Assembly (NCBI GenBank): GCA_039028615.1
Contig: JBCCHT010000004.1
Span: 224,001 to 288,000, forward strand
Direction of reading: 5' to 3'
Source of the DNA: Myxococcota bacterium
Lineage (GTDB): Bacteria; Myxococcota_A; Polyangia; Nannocystales; Nannocystaceae
DNA: 64,000 nt
Shown here: positions 18,828 through 30,151 of the stretch, one piece after another
How the letters are laid out: the number at the start of each line of letters is the position of its first letter
Position numbering within the stretch: position 1 is the first letter of the stretch
Notes under the pieces: model-generated
Told to the model about the DNA's origin: nothing
What the model saw: only the letters and a program-made list of their open reading frames with translations
The model's database searches: none
Made by a program: the position numbers and the translations under genes

Positions 18828-21029
18828 ATGGCAGAGAAGGAGCGGATGGGTCCAATGGCGACGACTCGACCTATGAGACTCGAGCGCATACCGGCCGGGG
18901 TTCCCCGACGGATCGTGAGAGGGGCGATTTGCGGCGGTTTGCTGCTCGCCTTGGCCTGCTCTGGGGCGAAAAGCGTCGGCGAGGAACCGCCCGCCGCGGG
19001 GCTCGGCGCAGCTGCGCCCAGCGATCCCGAGGAAGCGCCCGAGGTCGAGCACATTCCTACTGAAGAAGAGCTCGGGCCCGTGACGAAGAACAGCTTCCGT
19101 GAGCACCCCGCGGAGCAGGTGTGGATCTTCGAGTCCGGCCAGGAGCCACGGTCCGTCCCCATCGGTGCCGCCGAGTCCTGGGGCTATTCGGTCATCGACC
19201 TATCCAACGACTGGACGCCGTACATTTTCAGCGACAAGACGGCCGGGGCCGACGACACCCAGGCCAACCTCTACCGGGAAAAATATATCGGCCTCGCCAA
19301 CGATCGCATCGATCACTACGGCGACGAGCTGAGCGAGCACCAGCACAACTTCTTGGAGCTGTACGGCATCCCGCCCTCGCTGGCCGTGCTCCAGCGCGAG
19401 TGGGCCTGGATGGACGCCGAGGTCAAACCCTGTCTCGAGCAGGCCGGCTTCGACCCCGAGGTCTTCCACGGCTACGACCGCACCATCGCGTACCGCAAGG
19501 CGGGCCAGGGCAAGCGCAACAAGAGCGCCCGACGACGTCGGGCCATGCTGGGCAAGGCCATGCGCAAGGCGGGGCTCGACCCCAGCTCCGAGGAAGACCT
19601 CGCCAAGGCGGCCGAGGACCCGGCCACCCAAAAGGCGCACAAGCGCTGGCGCCAAGACCAAGACGTCATCGACATCATCGACCACGCCCAGCGGCGCTTC
19701 CGCTGCGAGCGGCTGTTCAACGGCAACCAGGGTCGCGGCAAGTTCAAGCCGGGCATCTACGACTCCGCCACCACCCACGCCCTCGCCAACTTCGAGCGCA
19801 AGCACGACGTGATGGGCTGGGGGCACTTCAAGCCCGACAACCGGGCCGCCTTGGCCATGAGCACCGACGCGTCGACCCACGCGCGCCTGCTCCGGGTCAT
19901 CACCGAGCGCGTGGTCATGTCCACCGGCATCATCGAGGACGGCTCGGCCGCCCAGATGGACGAGGGCTTCCGCTGGACCGACGCCGACGGGGTCGAGCAC
20001 GAGCTGCCCAACCTGGTCGACGACTACACCGAGACCGTCATCGAGGCCCTGGGCGTGGGCACGCCCGACGACGCCAAGGCGGCGCTCGCCATGCTCTCCG
20101 ATCTCGGTGAGGGCGGCTTCGAAAACCTACTGATCGCGGTCAAGCTCCCGCCCCGCCCCGCCTACCACTCCGACGACATGCAGCTGTCGGCGGTCATCGA
20201 TCGGGGCGACGTCTGGTACGACTTCCCCTACGACGACGAGGGCAACAAGGTCGGGCAGCCACGCAAGCGCTATCCCCACGTCACTCTCTTCGTCGAGTAC
20301 GAGGGGCAAAAGATCCCGGTCGTCCACTGGCGCACCACCATCGGCTCTTGGCGCACCGAGCTGTCCGAGGGCGAGGTGATGCTCAAGTACAAGAACTCCG
20401 ACGTCGGACCGCGGGTGTGGAAGAACATCGTCGCCGCACCGGTGTGGATTCCCCCTCCCACCACACCCGCCAAGGAGCTGGTCAAGTCCAGCTGGCGCAA
20501 GGGCAAGTTCAAGACCGACGTGCACTACTCGGAGATCGGGCCCGGCTATAAGTCGGCCTACGGCCTCGTCGCCGCGTACCACGTCAAGCAGATCAAAAAC
20601 GAGGACGGCACGGTCCGCGCCGAGATTGACAACGGCATCCGAACGCACGGCAGCGTCGACTACATGTCCATCCTGCGGCGCTACTCGCACGGCTGCCACC
20701 GGCTCTACAACATGGATGCGGTGCGGCTTTTCTCCTACGTCCTGCGCCATCGGGACTACACCCGACACGGGCAGCAAAACGTGGGCGTGCGCCGCAACCT
20801 CGAGGTCGACGGCAAGTCCTACCTCATGAAGATCGACACCCGCGGCTACAAGTACGAGCTGGTGGAGCCCATCCCCATTCGCGTGCTCGAGGGTCGTATC
20901 CGTGGGTCCCGGCAGTATCCGGTCGACGACTACGTGCCCAAGCCGGTCAAGCCGTCGGAGTTCGAGGCCGAGAGCGCGGACGGCGAGCTCGTCGTCGATA
21001 CCCCCGTCGCCCCGGTCACTCCGCAGTGA
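18828..21029 (+). CDS. large lipoprotein with L,D-transpeptidase (YkuD-like) domain and probable peptidoglycan-binding segment
   Basis: Lipobox ALAC; GIYDSATTHALANFERKH; PVWIPP; IRTHGS...YSHGCHRL catalytic motif. Confidence 0.75.
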   Translation: MAEKERMGPMATTRPMRLERIPAGVPRRIVRGAICGGLLLALACSGAKSVGEEPPAAGLGAAAPSDPEEAPEVEHIPTEEELGPVTKNSFREHPAEQVWIFESGQEPRSVPIGAAESWGYSVIDLSNDWTPYIFSDKTAGADDTQANLYREKYIGLANDRIDHYGDELSEHQHNFLELYGIPPSLAVLQREWAWMDAEVKPCLEQAGFDPEVFHGYDRTIAYRKAGQGKRNKSARRRRAMLGKAMRKAGLDPSSEEDLAKAAEDPATQKAHKRWRQDQDVIDIIDHAQRRFRCERLFNGNQGRGKFKPGIYDSATTHALANFERKHDVMGWGHFKPDNRAALAMSTDASTHARLLRVITERVVMSTGIIEDGSAAQMDEGFRWTDADGVEHELPNLVDDYTETVIEALGVGTPDDAKAALAMLSDLGEGGFENLLIAVKLPPRPAYHSDDMQLSAVIDRGDVWYDFPYDDEGNKVGQPRKRYPHVTLFVEYEGQKIPVVHWRTTIGSWRTELSEGEVMLKYKNSDVGPRVWKNIVAAPVWIPPPTTPAKELVKSSWRKGKFKTDVHYSEIGPGYKSAYGLVAAYHVKQIKNEDGTVRAEIDNGIRTHGSVDYMSILRRYSHGCHRLYNMDAVRLFSYVLRHRDYTRHGQQNVGVRRNLEVDGKSYLMKIDTRGYKYELVEPIPIRVLEGRIRGSRQYPVDDYVPKPVKPSEFEAESADGELVVDTPVAPVTPQ

Positions 21030-21112
21030 TCTCACGCCGCTTCGCCCATGCGACATAGCGCGGGCCTCGATCGGGTTGGCCCGACCGAACCAAGCTGCTA
21101 ACGTCCCGCGCC

Positions 21113-21931
21113 GTGCAAGGGCAACAGGTGGGGTTCGAGAGCAGCTTCCGGCGGCACCTCGACGCAGAGCAACGGCGAGCCGTCCTCGAAGCGATCGGGG
21201 CGAGCATCAACCCCGATTCCACTTTGGGTGAGGTCGTCGATGCAGCCGAAGCTCTGGGGTGGAGTCAGCAGATGGGCGACCTGTCGCTCGCCGATCTCGC
21301 CGAAGCCCTATTGGCGCCCGAGTCCGACGAGCCCGAAGAGGTAGAGGCCGCGGCCGACGAAGAAGAGGACGAGGTCGAAGAAGAGGAAGAGGAAGAGGAA
21401 GAGGAGGAAGAAGAGGAAGAGGAGGAAGAAGAAGAAGAGGAGGAGGAAGAAGAGGAAGAGCAGCTCGAGCTCGAGACCGCCCCTCGTCGCGGCCGCAAGA
21501 AGGCCGCTTCCAAGAAGAAGGCCGCTTCCAAGAAGAAGGCCGCCTCCAAGAAGAAAGCCGCTTCCAAGAAAAAGGCCGCCTCCAAGAAGAAGGCCGCTTC
21601 CAAGAAGAAGGCCGCTTCCAAGAAGAAGGCCACTTCCAAGAAGAAGGCCGCTTCCAAGAAGAAGGCTTCTTCCAAGAAGAAGACCGCCAAGAAGTCCTCG
21701 CGCAAGCGCAAGCCCACCGCAGCCGACGTGGACGACCGGATGAGCCTCGATCAGGCGGCCGAGTTCTTCGTGCCCTACGTCGAGGAACTCGGCGAGGCCA
21801 CGATGCAGGACCTCGAAGAGAACACCGGGGTCGCCCGCCGCAAGCTTCGCTTCCACGTGGGGCAGCTGGTGCGCAACGGCTACCTCGAGCGCCACGGCAT
21901 GGGCCGCGGCACCTACTACACCGTCTGCTAG
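21113..21931 (+). CDS. putative nucleoid-associated protein: poly-Glu tract, KKKAAS repeats, C-terminal winged helix
   Basis: 28 consecutive Glu, ten Lys repeats, ATMQDLEENTGVARRKLRFHVGQLVRNGYLERHGMGRGTYY. Confidence 0.8.
   Translation: MQGQQVGFESSFRRHLDAEQRRAVLEAIGASINPDSTLGEVVDAAEALGWSQQMGDLSLADLAEALLAPESDEPEEVEAAADEEEDEVEEEEEEEEEEEEEEEEEEEEEEEEEEEEQLELETAPRRGRKKAASKKKAASKKKAASKKKAASKKKAASKKKAASKKKAASKKKATSKKKAASKKKASSKKKTAKKSSRKRKPTAADVDDRMSLDQAAEFFVPYVEELGEATMQDLEENTGVARRKLRFHVGQLVRNGYLERHGMGRGTYYTVC
21377..21712 (+). repeat. GAA/GAG tract (Glu28) followed by 18-nt tandem repeat (KKKAAS-type, about 10 copies)
   Basis: Read directly from the sequence. Confidence 0.95.
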
Positions 21932-23043
21932 CTGGCCGGGGCGGCGAAGCCCACCCGCTCGAGCAGCTTGGCAGTCACACGGGGCAGGCCTCCATCGGGG
22001 CGCTGCCCCGGGGTGATCCAGCACTGGCGTTCGGCCGGAACCTCATTGAGCTTCGGCTTGCGGGCGGCCTTGCCGATCAGCGGATGGAGCTTCCAGATCC
22101 GGTGCGTGAACACGTGGCGGACCTCGGCCAGCGGCGCATCGGCCCAGCGCGGCGCCGCCGAGAGCAGAGCCGAGGCGGCATTCGAGTCGAATACGGGCAA
22201 CGCGGGGGCCGAGACCAAGGGCAGGCACCACAGGTCCGCCAGGAGACCCTCCCCGGGACGACGTACCAGCAGCAAGCGGCCCCGCCAGGTCACGGCCAGG
22301 GCCAGCCACGCGTCGACCGGTTGAGCAACCTTCTTACGGGGGGCGGGGATCCGGTCGGTGCTCCCATCCCGAAGCGCGTCGCAGTGCTTGGTCACCGGGC
22401 ACTGCGCGCATGACGGAGACTTGGGCGTGCACACCGTCGCGCCCAGCTCCATCAGCGACTGTGCGAGCAAGCGCGGCGTGCCGTGCTGGAGAATCCCGGC
22501 CACCCGTCCCCAGTGGCGACGCGCGGTGGCCTGCTGCTGCTTGGGCTCCTCGATGCCCTCGATGCGAGACAACACCCGGGCGACGTTGCCGTCGACCAGC
22601 GGCTCCGGCCGATCGAACGCGATGGACGCGATGGCTCCGGCCGTGTAGTCGCCGATGCCGGGGATCGAGCGTAGCTGTGCCGCCGCCTGCGGGATGGTGC
22701 CCCCGAGCTCGCGGGCCACGAACTGCGCCCCTTTGTGCAACAGCCGCGCCCGTCGGTAGTACCCGAGCCCGCTCCACTGCTGCAGCACGGCCTCCTGGTC
22801 GGCCGAGGCCAGCGCCTGCAGCGTGGGGAAACGGCGCAGGAACGCGTCGTAGAAGCGCTCCACCGTCTCCACCCGGGTCTGCTGGAGCATGATCTCCGAG
22901 ACCCAGATCGAGTACGGGTCTCGGGTTCGCCGCCACGACATCTCTCGCTGGTTGGCCACGAACCATGGCTCCAGCGCCCGCGCCAGCGCCCGCGAGCGCT
23001 CATCGTCGACCGGCTCTACCGGCTGCGCTTTCCGCCCCGCCAT
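21928..23043 (-). CDS. mutY: A/G-specific adenine glycosylase
   Basis: WVSEIMLQQT, WSGLGYYRRA, PGIGDYTAGA, VDGNVARV, CTPKSPSCAQCP Fe-S motif, HVFTH. Confidence 0.95.
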   Translation of the reverse strand: MAGRKAQPVEPVDDERSRALARALEPWFVANQREMSWRRTRDPYSIWVSEIMLQQTRVETVERFYDAFLRRFPTLQALASADQEAVLQQWSGLGYYRRARLLHKGAQFVARELGGTIPQAAAQLRSIPGIGDYTAGAIASIAFDRPEPLVDGNVARVLSRIEGIEEPKQQQATARRHWGRVAGILQHGTPRLLAQSLMELGATVCTPKSPSCAQCPVTKHCDALRDGSTDRIPAPRKKVAQPVDAWLALAVTWRGRLLLVRRPGEGLLADLWCLPLVSAPALPVFDSNAASALLSAAPRWADAPLAEVRHVFTHRIWKLHPLIGKAARKPKLNEVPAERQCWITPGQRPDGGLPRVTAKLLERVGFAAPAS

Positions 23044-23153
23044 GGGGGCCGAGCATGCAACGGCTGGCGCCGTCCCGCGACCCCGTGGGCTCACGTGGCG
23101 CCGCGGTTGTACCGCTGGCATCGAGATCGGTACATTCCCCCGGCTGAGGCCTC

Positions 23154-24539
<1,386 letters not shown>

Positions 24540-24583
24540 GCCGCCACTTTTGTCGGGGGCGTCGCCGCGGTACGTTCCCCGGC

Positions 24584-24841
24584 ATGTCCCATCACCCCAC
24601 TGACTTTCAGGGCTCCGTGATCGATGCCATCCGCGAAGCGGTCGAGGCAGCGATTCCCGACAGCAAAGCGCAGGTCGACGGCGGCGGCGGGCACTACACC
24701 ATCGAGGTCACCGCGGCCGCGTTCGAGGGTAAGTCCATGCTGCAGAAACAACGCATGGTCCTGTCCTCCATCAAGCACCTGATGGCCGGAGACCGGGCCC
24801 CCGTGCACGCGGTCGACAGCATCAAGACCCACCTGGCCTAG
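24584..24841 (+). CDS. BolA/IbaG family protein
   Basis: GGGGHY...FEGKSMLQKQRMV...VHA. Confidence 0.9.
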   Translation: MSHHPTDFQGSVIDAIREAVEAAIPDSKAQVDGGGGHYTIEVTAAAFEGKSMLQKQRMVLSSIKHLMAGDRAPVHAVDSIKTHLA

Positions 24842-24930
24842 GCCGAACTCTCGGCCGGCACATCCGACATCTGCCTACCTATTTCGGACTCATGCCGGAA
24901 AAACGGGCTCGGGTGGCATCCAAAGAGACG

Positions 24931-26298
24931 GTGAGGCGCAAGACCATCGTAGGTCTCGGCCGAGCCCCGCTGAGCGTCGTTGGTTGGACGCTGGTCGGGC
25001 TCGTCGGGAGCGGCTGCCAAGACCTCCCCACGGAGGCCCAAGGAACGGGCGGCGACACGGGTTCCGCGACCGAGCCGATGGCCACGACGGTCGACGAGAG
25101 CATGCTCGCCGACACCACCGCGACCGGCACCGACAGTTCCGCAGGAGCCGGTGAGAGCACGAGCACCACCTCGCCGGGCACGACCACCGAGGACGACGCG
25201 AGCGACTCCAGCAGCGAGACGACCGCGGCCCCCGAGCCCTTGTGCGGAGACGGCTTCGTCGTGCCCACCGAGCAGTGCCACGTGCTCGGCCCGGCCATCG
25301 AGCTCACGCCCTCCCCCGAGCGCCTCGCGATCGTCGACTTCGACGAGGACGGTGCCCTCGACCTGTTGGTCAGCAACCGCCTCTCTCCCGAAGTGCATGC
25401 CCTGTGGGGTGTGGGCACGGGTGATTTTCTCGCGCCCCAGCTGCTGGTCACCGCGAGCGCCAACGTCGAAGACCTCGTCGCGGCCGACTACAGCGGCGAC
25501 GGCACCCCCGATCTCGTGCTCACCGACACCCCGGGCCTTCGGGTCGTGTCCTACGCCGGTAGCGGCGACGGAGGGCTGTTCTTCGCCGGGCAATACCCTC
25601 TGCCGCTGGCCCCGACGCGGCTGGTCACTGGCGACATCGATGGCGACGGCACCCCCGATCTCGTCGCGGCCGGCAACACCGTCGCGACGCTCATGCGAGG
25701 CAACGGCCTCGCCGGGTTCATCCCCCAGCAAGACCTCTCCATGCCCACGGGGCCCCACTACTTGGGCCTGCCCGACCTCGACGGCAACGGCGACCTGGAC
25801 TTCGTCACCGTCAATCAGGGGCGCGGCGGCAACACGACCTGCTTTTTCAACCAAGGCACCGAGTTCGGCGAGAGCACCATCCACGACACCGCCTCGGCGC
25901 CGCGGGGCCTCGCGTGGGGCGACATCGACGAAAACGGCACGCTCGACCTGCTGGTCACCCACATCACGGGCGCCTCCGTCGGCATCCTGCTGGGCGAAGG
26001 CGCGGGTGGGATCGCGGCCCAGTCGCTGCTCATGCTCGAGGATACCGACCCCCGCTCGGTGCAGCTCGCCGACTTCGATCGCGACGGGCACCTCGACATC
26101 GTCGTCGCGCACTTCAACCCGGGCCTCGTCGTCATGCACATGGGCCTCGGTGACGGGACCTTCGTCCCCGGACCGCGCTTCGAGGTCACCACCCCCGGCG
26201 ACCTGTGGGTCGACGACCTCAACGACGACGAGGTCCCCGACGTGGTCATCATGCGACCGCTGTCCGGTGCCCTGCAGGTGCTCTACTCGCAGCCGTAG
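24931..26298 (+). CDS. FG-GAP/VCBS repeat lipoprotein
   Basis: Lipobox GSGC; Thr-rich linker; CGDG; about seven DxDxDGxxDL repeats. Confidence 0.85.
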   Translation: MRRKTIVGLGRAPLSVVGWTLVGLVGSGCQDLPTEAQGTGGDTGSATEPMATTVDESMLADTTATGTDSSAGAGESTSTTSPGTTTEDDASDSSSETTAAPEPLCGDGFVVPTEQCHVLGPAIELTPSPERLAIVDFDEDGALDLLVSNRLSPEVHALWGVGTGDFLAPQLLVTASANVEDLVAADYSGDGTPDLVLTDTPGLRVVSYAGSGDGGLFFAGQYPLPLAPTRLVTGDIDGDGTPDLVAAGNTVATLMRGNGLAGFIPQQDLSMPTGPHYLGLPDLDGNGDLDFVTVNQGRGGNTTCFFNQGTEFGESTIHDTASAPRGLAWGDIDENGTLDLLVTHITGASVGILLGEGAGGIAAQSLLMLEDTDPRSVQLADFDRDGHLDIVVAHFNPGLVVMHMGLGDGTFVPGPRFEVTTPGDLWVDDLNDDEVPDVVIMRPLSGALQVLYSQP

Positions 26299-26305
26299 TA
26301 CGCCG

Positions 26306-26725
26306 TCAGCCGTCGAGCATCGCCAACGCAGCGGCCTCGGTGATGCACTCCCGCTCGCCGGCCATCGCATAGCCATCGGGCTTGCGATCGATGAACCACT
26401 CCTTGACCAGGCTGACGCCGCTGCGGTCGTCGAGGCTGCCCAAGGTCACCGACGTCGTGCCCTGGTAGGGGCCTTCGGCCGTCAGGCGCCAGAACAGGCT
26501 GGAGCCGCAGCGGTTGCAGAACGCCCGCTGCGCCAGATCCGACGACTGGAACCAGGTCAGCGACTCCTGCCGCTCGAACTCCAGCGACTCGACGAAGACC
26601 GCGATCCACGGGCCGCCCGACCAGCGCTGGCACATCTCGCAGTGACACACGCTCGCCCGATCCGGCTTGGTGCCCCGCGCCGTGAAGGCCACGGCGCCAC
26701 ACAGACACTTCCCGCTTCGGTCCAT
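26306..26725 (-). CDS. GFA family protein
   Basis: GKCLCGAV, CHCEMCQR, FCNRCGS. Confidence 0.92.
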   Translation of the reverse strand: MDRSGKCLCGAVAFTARGTKPDRASVCHCEMCQRWSGGPWIAVFVESLEFERQESLTWFQSSDLAQRAFCNRCGSSLFWRLTAEGPYQGTTSVTLGSLDDRSGVSLVKEWFIDRKPDGYAMAGERECITEAAALAMLDG

Positions 26726-26874
26726 CGTTGCCCTATAGCACGGCGCGAGAACGCACCCGAACGCCCCTGCTGGCCGCAGCGAATCACCGTCGTCTTTTTT
26801 TCGAGCCGAGGCTGTAACGATTCGGCCGCTCGTGAATCAAGGGATGTGCGGGGAGAAATGGCTCGAGACAAACG

Positions 26875-27846
26875 GTGCAGGCCCTAGGATTTGACTCAGC
26901 ATTCGGCGACGAACGGTTCACTCCACCGACCGAGCACGCGCAGCTGTTCATGCCGCTGCGCCCCGCAGCGAAGACACCCGCGGCGGACCTGTCGCCGTGG
27001 CTCGTGGGCTGGGCCGAGAACGTCGGGCTCACCGAGCACGTATCGCCATCGAGCATCGTCGAGCTCCGGTTCGGCGTGCTCGTCGACGCCGCCTTCCCGC
27101 ATGCCTCCGAGGACCGACGACGGCTCGCGGCGGCCTGGATGCTGCTGCTGTGCCTGCTCGACGACTTCGCCGAGACCCACGAGGGCTCGAGCCGAACGCT
27201 GGCCGCGAGGCTCGAGTGCCTCCAGCTACGGCTCGGCGGCACCCGGCGCCTGGGCTCGAGCCCCGACGTGCTCGGCCGGGCGTGTGACCGCTTCCATCGC
27301 CTGACGACGCGAACGGGCACGATGCATCGCTTCCATCGCGAGGTGGGCACGTTGTTCGCGGCGTACGTCGAGGAGCACGCGTTCCACGGTCACCCACCCC
27401 ACACGGGACTGCAGCGCCATGTCGCGCTGCGCCGAACGACGTCGGGCGTGGCCACGGTCCAGGCGCTATTTCCGTTGATGACCGGCTACCTGTGGCCCGA
27501 ACGGCGCCGCCGAGTCCAACAGCTCGCCGAGTGGGCGAGCGACCTCATCGCGTGGAGCAACGACCTGTGGACGGCCGAGGTCGAGCGAGACACCCGGGCG
27601 CACAACCTGCTGTTCGTCCTCGAACGAGCCCACGGTCTCGAGCCGCTCTACGCCCGCCGAAGCCTGGTCTCCATGCACAACGTGTTGATGCGCCGGTTCG
27701 TGTCGCTGGTGCGGGTCCTGCTCCACAACGACCTCGAGCCCACGACGCGGGCCTTCGTCGCGATGCAGGTGGCCATGGTCCGCGCCCACTACGACTGGGC
27801 CGGGGTCACGGGTCTGTACGCAGAGCTGGCAATGGACCCGCGCTGA
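26875..27846 (+). CDS. class I terpene synthase-like protein with degenerate motifs
   Basis: LDDFAE, RRTTSG, NDLWTAEVE, HNLL, WAGVTGLY. Start may be ATG 26950. Confidence 0.75.
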   Translation: MQALGFDSAFGDERFTPPTEHAQLFMPLRPAAKTPAADLSPWLVGWAENVGLTEHVSPSSIVELRFGVLVDAAFPHASEDRRRLAAAWMLLLCLLDDFAETHEGSSRTLAARLECLQLRLGGTRRLGSSPDVLGRACDRFHRLTTRTGTMHRFHREVGTLFAAYVEEHAFHGHPPHTGLQRHVALRRTTSGVATVQALFPLMTGYLWPERRRRVQQLAEWASDLIAWSNDLWTAEVERDTRAHNLLFVLERAHGLEPLYARRSLVSMHNVLMRRFVSLVRVLLHNDLEPTTRAFVAMQVAMVRAHYDWAGVTGLYAELAMDPR

Positions 27847-27850
27847 GGCC

Positions 27851-28735
27851 TCAGCCGTCGCCTTCGACCCTCGCCAGCACCCACTCCTCGAGCATCTCCA
27901 TCACGGGCGCCCGCAGCTCGGTCGGCTCGTTGTGCAGCTCGTGGTAGTAGCCGGCGAAACAGTGCAGGCTATGCCCGCGGTCGCCCGCGTCGGGGATCGA
28001 GCGAAACGCAGCAATGCCCGCCTCGTGGCTGCAGACGGTGTCGCCCGTGCCCACGTACCAGAGCATCGGCACGTCGATGCTGCCGACGTCCGCCTTCACC
28101 CGCTCGGCCGCGCGCTGCATGGCGCCGAACCACCCCGCGGTCACCACCCCGACCCGGCGCGGGTCCTTGCGGTAGCGCTCGACCTCGGCCGGGTCGCGAC
28201 AGATGGCCTCCTCGGGGATCCCGGTGGGCAGGCTCAGGCCGGGGGCCAAGCGAGAGGCGACGTTGCCGACCCAGCGCTTGACCGGGTTGACCTTCACCGC
28301 GACCTCGATGAGCGGGCTGCTGATCATCGCCCCCGCCAGCGGAATCGCCTTGGCGTGGTCGAGCAGGTAGGTCAGCGAGATGAGCCCCCCCATGCTGTGC
28401 CCGAACAGAAACCAGGGGATCTCGCCCGGCCGCTGCTCGGCGGGCAGCGACTCGGCGTAGGTCTCGATGACCCGCCGGAGGTCCCGCGCGTAGTCCTCGA
28501 AGGCGTCGACATGGCCGCGGCGGCCCCCCGAGTGGCCCTGCCCGCGGTGATCGAGGCCGAAGCACCGGGCCCCCAGGGCACCGAAGATCTTGGCGAGCCG
28601 ATCGTAGCGCCCGATGTGCTCGGCGCCCCCGTGCACGATCACCACGACGAAACGCGGCTCGTTCTTCGGCTCCCAACCCTCGACTCGCAGGGTCGTACCG
28701 TCCGCCGCCTCGATCGTGCGCTCGTGATGGTTCAC
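27851..28735 (-). CDS. alpha/beta hydrolase, lysophospholipase/monoacylglycerol lipase type
   Basis: VHGGAEHIGRY, DHRGQGHS, GHSMGG, YHELHNE. Confidence 0.9.
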   Translation of the reverse strand: MNHHERTIEAADGTTLRVEGWEPKNEPRFVVVIVHGGAEHIGRYDRLAKIFGALGARCFGLDHRGQGHSGGRRGHVDAFEDYARDLRRVIETYAESLPAEQRPGEIPWFLFGHSMGGLISLTYLLDHAKAIPLAGAMISSPLIEVAVKVNPVKRWVGNVASRLAPGLSLPTGIPEEAICRDPAEVERYRKDPRRVGVVTAGWFGAMQRAAERVKADVGSIDVPMLWYVGTGDTVCSHEAGIAAFRSIPDAGDRGHSLHCFAGYYHELHNEPTELRAPVMEMLEEWVLARVEGDG

Positions 28736-28828
28736 GCCCGGGATTAGAGCGCACGAGCGGCCATGAAGGAAGGGCGAGCCTCGATCCCGAGACTCGCCCT
28801 ACTCTTGCGCCATGAACCTCGATGGCGC

Positions 28829-30118
28829 TTAGAACATCTCGCGGACCCAGCTGGTGAAGCGACGCGCCAGCCCCGGCCCTTCGTCACGGGGACGCATGCC
28901 GCCGCCGACACGCGGCGCGGCCTCGATGGGCATGGGGTCGTGAGTGGCTCCGTAGAGCACCAGACCGACGCCGGTCGAGAACTTGGGGTCCTGAATCATC
29001 CCGGCGAAACCGCCTTCGGTGAGTCGAATCTTCTGACGCCCGGCGGTCGCGGTGGCCACCCCGGTGGGCACGCCCTTGCGAACCGGCATCTGGAAGATGT
29101 CCTCGGCGATCTCCAGCATGCCCTCCATCTGCGAGGCGCCACCGGTGAGCACGAGGCCGCTGGCGGCCAATTCGGCGCACCCGCTCGCGAGCAGCTCCTG
29201 CTGAGCGAGCAGGAAGATCTCCTCGACCCGCGGCTCGATGACCTCGGCCAGGAAGCGACGCTTGAACTCGCGGGGCGGACGGGGACCGACGCCGGGCACG
29301 GCGATCTGGTCGTCCCCCTCGATCATGCTGATGAGGGCACAGCCGTGCTTGCGCTTGATCTGCTCCGCCTCGGCGACCGAGGTCCGCAGCCCATGGGCCA
29401 CGTCCTGGGTGATGCGATGCCCGCCCATGACGATGACCGAGGTGAAGACGTTGCTGCCCTCGCTATAGACGGCCACGTCGGTGGTGCCGCCGCCGATGTC
29501 GATGAGCGCGACCCCGAGGTCCTTCTCGTCGTCGTGCAGCACCGCGGTGGAAGACGCGATGGGCTCGAGCACGACCTCGATGACCTCGAGCCCTGCCCGG
29601 TTGCAGCACTTGATGATGTTCTGGACCGAGGTGACCGCCGCCGTGATGACGTGGGCGCGGACCTCCATGCGCACCCCGTTCATGCCGATGGGGTCGCGGA
29701 TCTGGCCCTGGCCGTCGATCATGTACTCGAGCGGCACGGTGTGGATGATCTGGCGATCGAGCGGAATATTGACCGCCTTGGCCTGCTCGATGACGCGGGC
29801 GACGTCGGTCTCTTCGACCTCGCGCGAGCGCATGCTGACCTGCCCCAGGCTGTTGAAGCCTCGGACATGACCGCCCGCGATGCCCACGAACACCGACTGC
29901 ACGTCGGCCGCCGCCATCTGCTCGGCCTCCTGAACCGCCTGCGCAATCGAGTTGGTCGTGGCCTCGATATTGACCACCACGCCCTGCCGTAGCCCCTCTG
30001 AAGGGCTGGTGCCGACGCCCAAGATCTCGATGCCCGCCTCGGTCACCTCCCCGATGAGGGCGGCGATCTTGGTGGTCCCGATGTCCAAGCCGCAGATGAT
30101 CTCTCCCACCTCTGCCAT
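28829..30118 (-). CDS. ftsA: cell division protein FtsA
   Basis: GLDIGTTK, DIGGGTTD, EVIEPRVEEI, VLTGGAS, FSTGVGL, amphipathic tail FTSWVREMF. Confidence 0.97.
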   Translation of the reverse strand: MAEVGEIICGLDIGTTKIAALIGEVTEAGIEILGVGTSPSEGLRQGVVVNIEATTNSIAQAVQEAEQMAAADVQSVFVGIAGGHVRGFNSLGQVSMRSREVEETDVARVIEQAKAVNIPLDRQIIHTVPLEYMIDGQGQIRDPIGMNGVRMEVRAHVITAAVTSVQNIIKCCNRAGLEVIEVVLEPIASSTAVLHDDEKDLGVALIDIGGGTTDVAVYSEGSNVFTSVIVMGGHRITQDVAHGLRTSVAEAEQIKRKHGCALISMIEGDDQIAVPGVGPRPPREFKRRFLAEVIEPRVEEIFLLAQQELLASGCAELAASGLVLTGGASQMEGMLEIAEDIFQMPVRKGVPTGVATATAGRQKIRLTEGGFAGMIQDPKFSTGVGLVLYGATHDPMPIEAAPRVGGGMRPRDEGPGLARRFTSWVREMF

Positions 30119-30151
30119 GATCGTCTCCGCTGTCGCTTTCCGTCGGGCGGC

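Noticed and set aside
21497..21680. 18-nt tandem repeats (also those in topA and at 51977-52078) as a possible CRISPR array
   Set aside because: No unique spacers, in-frame coding with synonymous variation, and no cas genes.
21265..21717. FFLEAA / poly-Ser minus-strand ORF
   Set aside because: Reverse complement of the Lys and Glu tracts of the 21113 gene.
26306..28735. Terpene biosynthetic cluster (GFA, terpene synthase, hydrolase)
   Set aside because: Genes are on alternating strands with no prenyltransferase or P450, so nothing supports a cluster.
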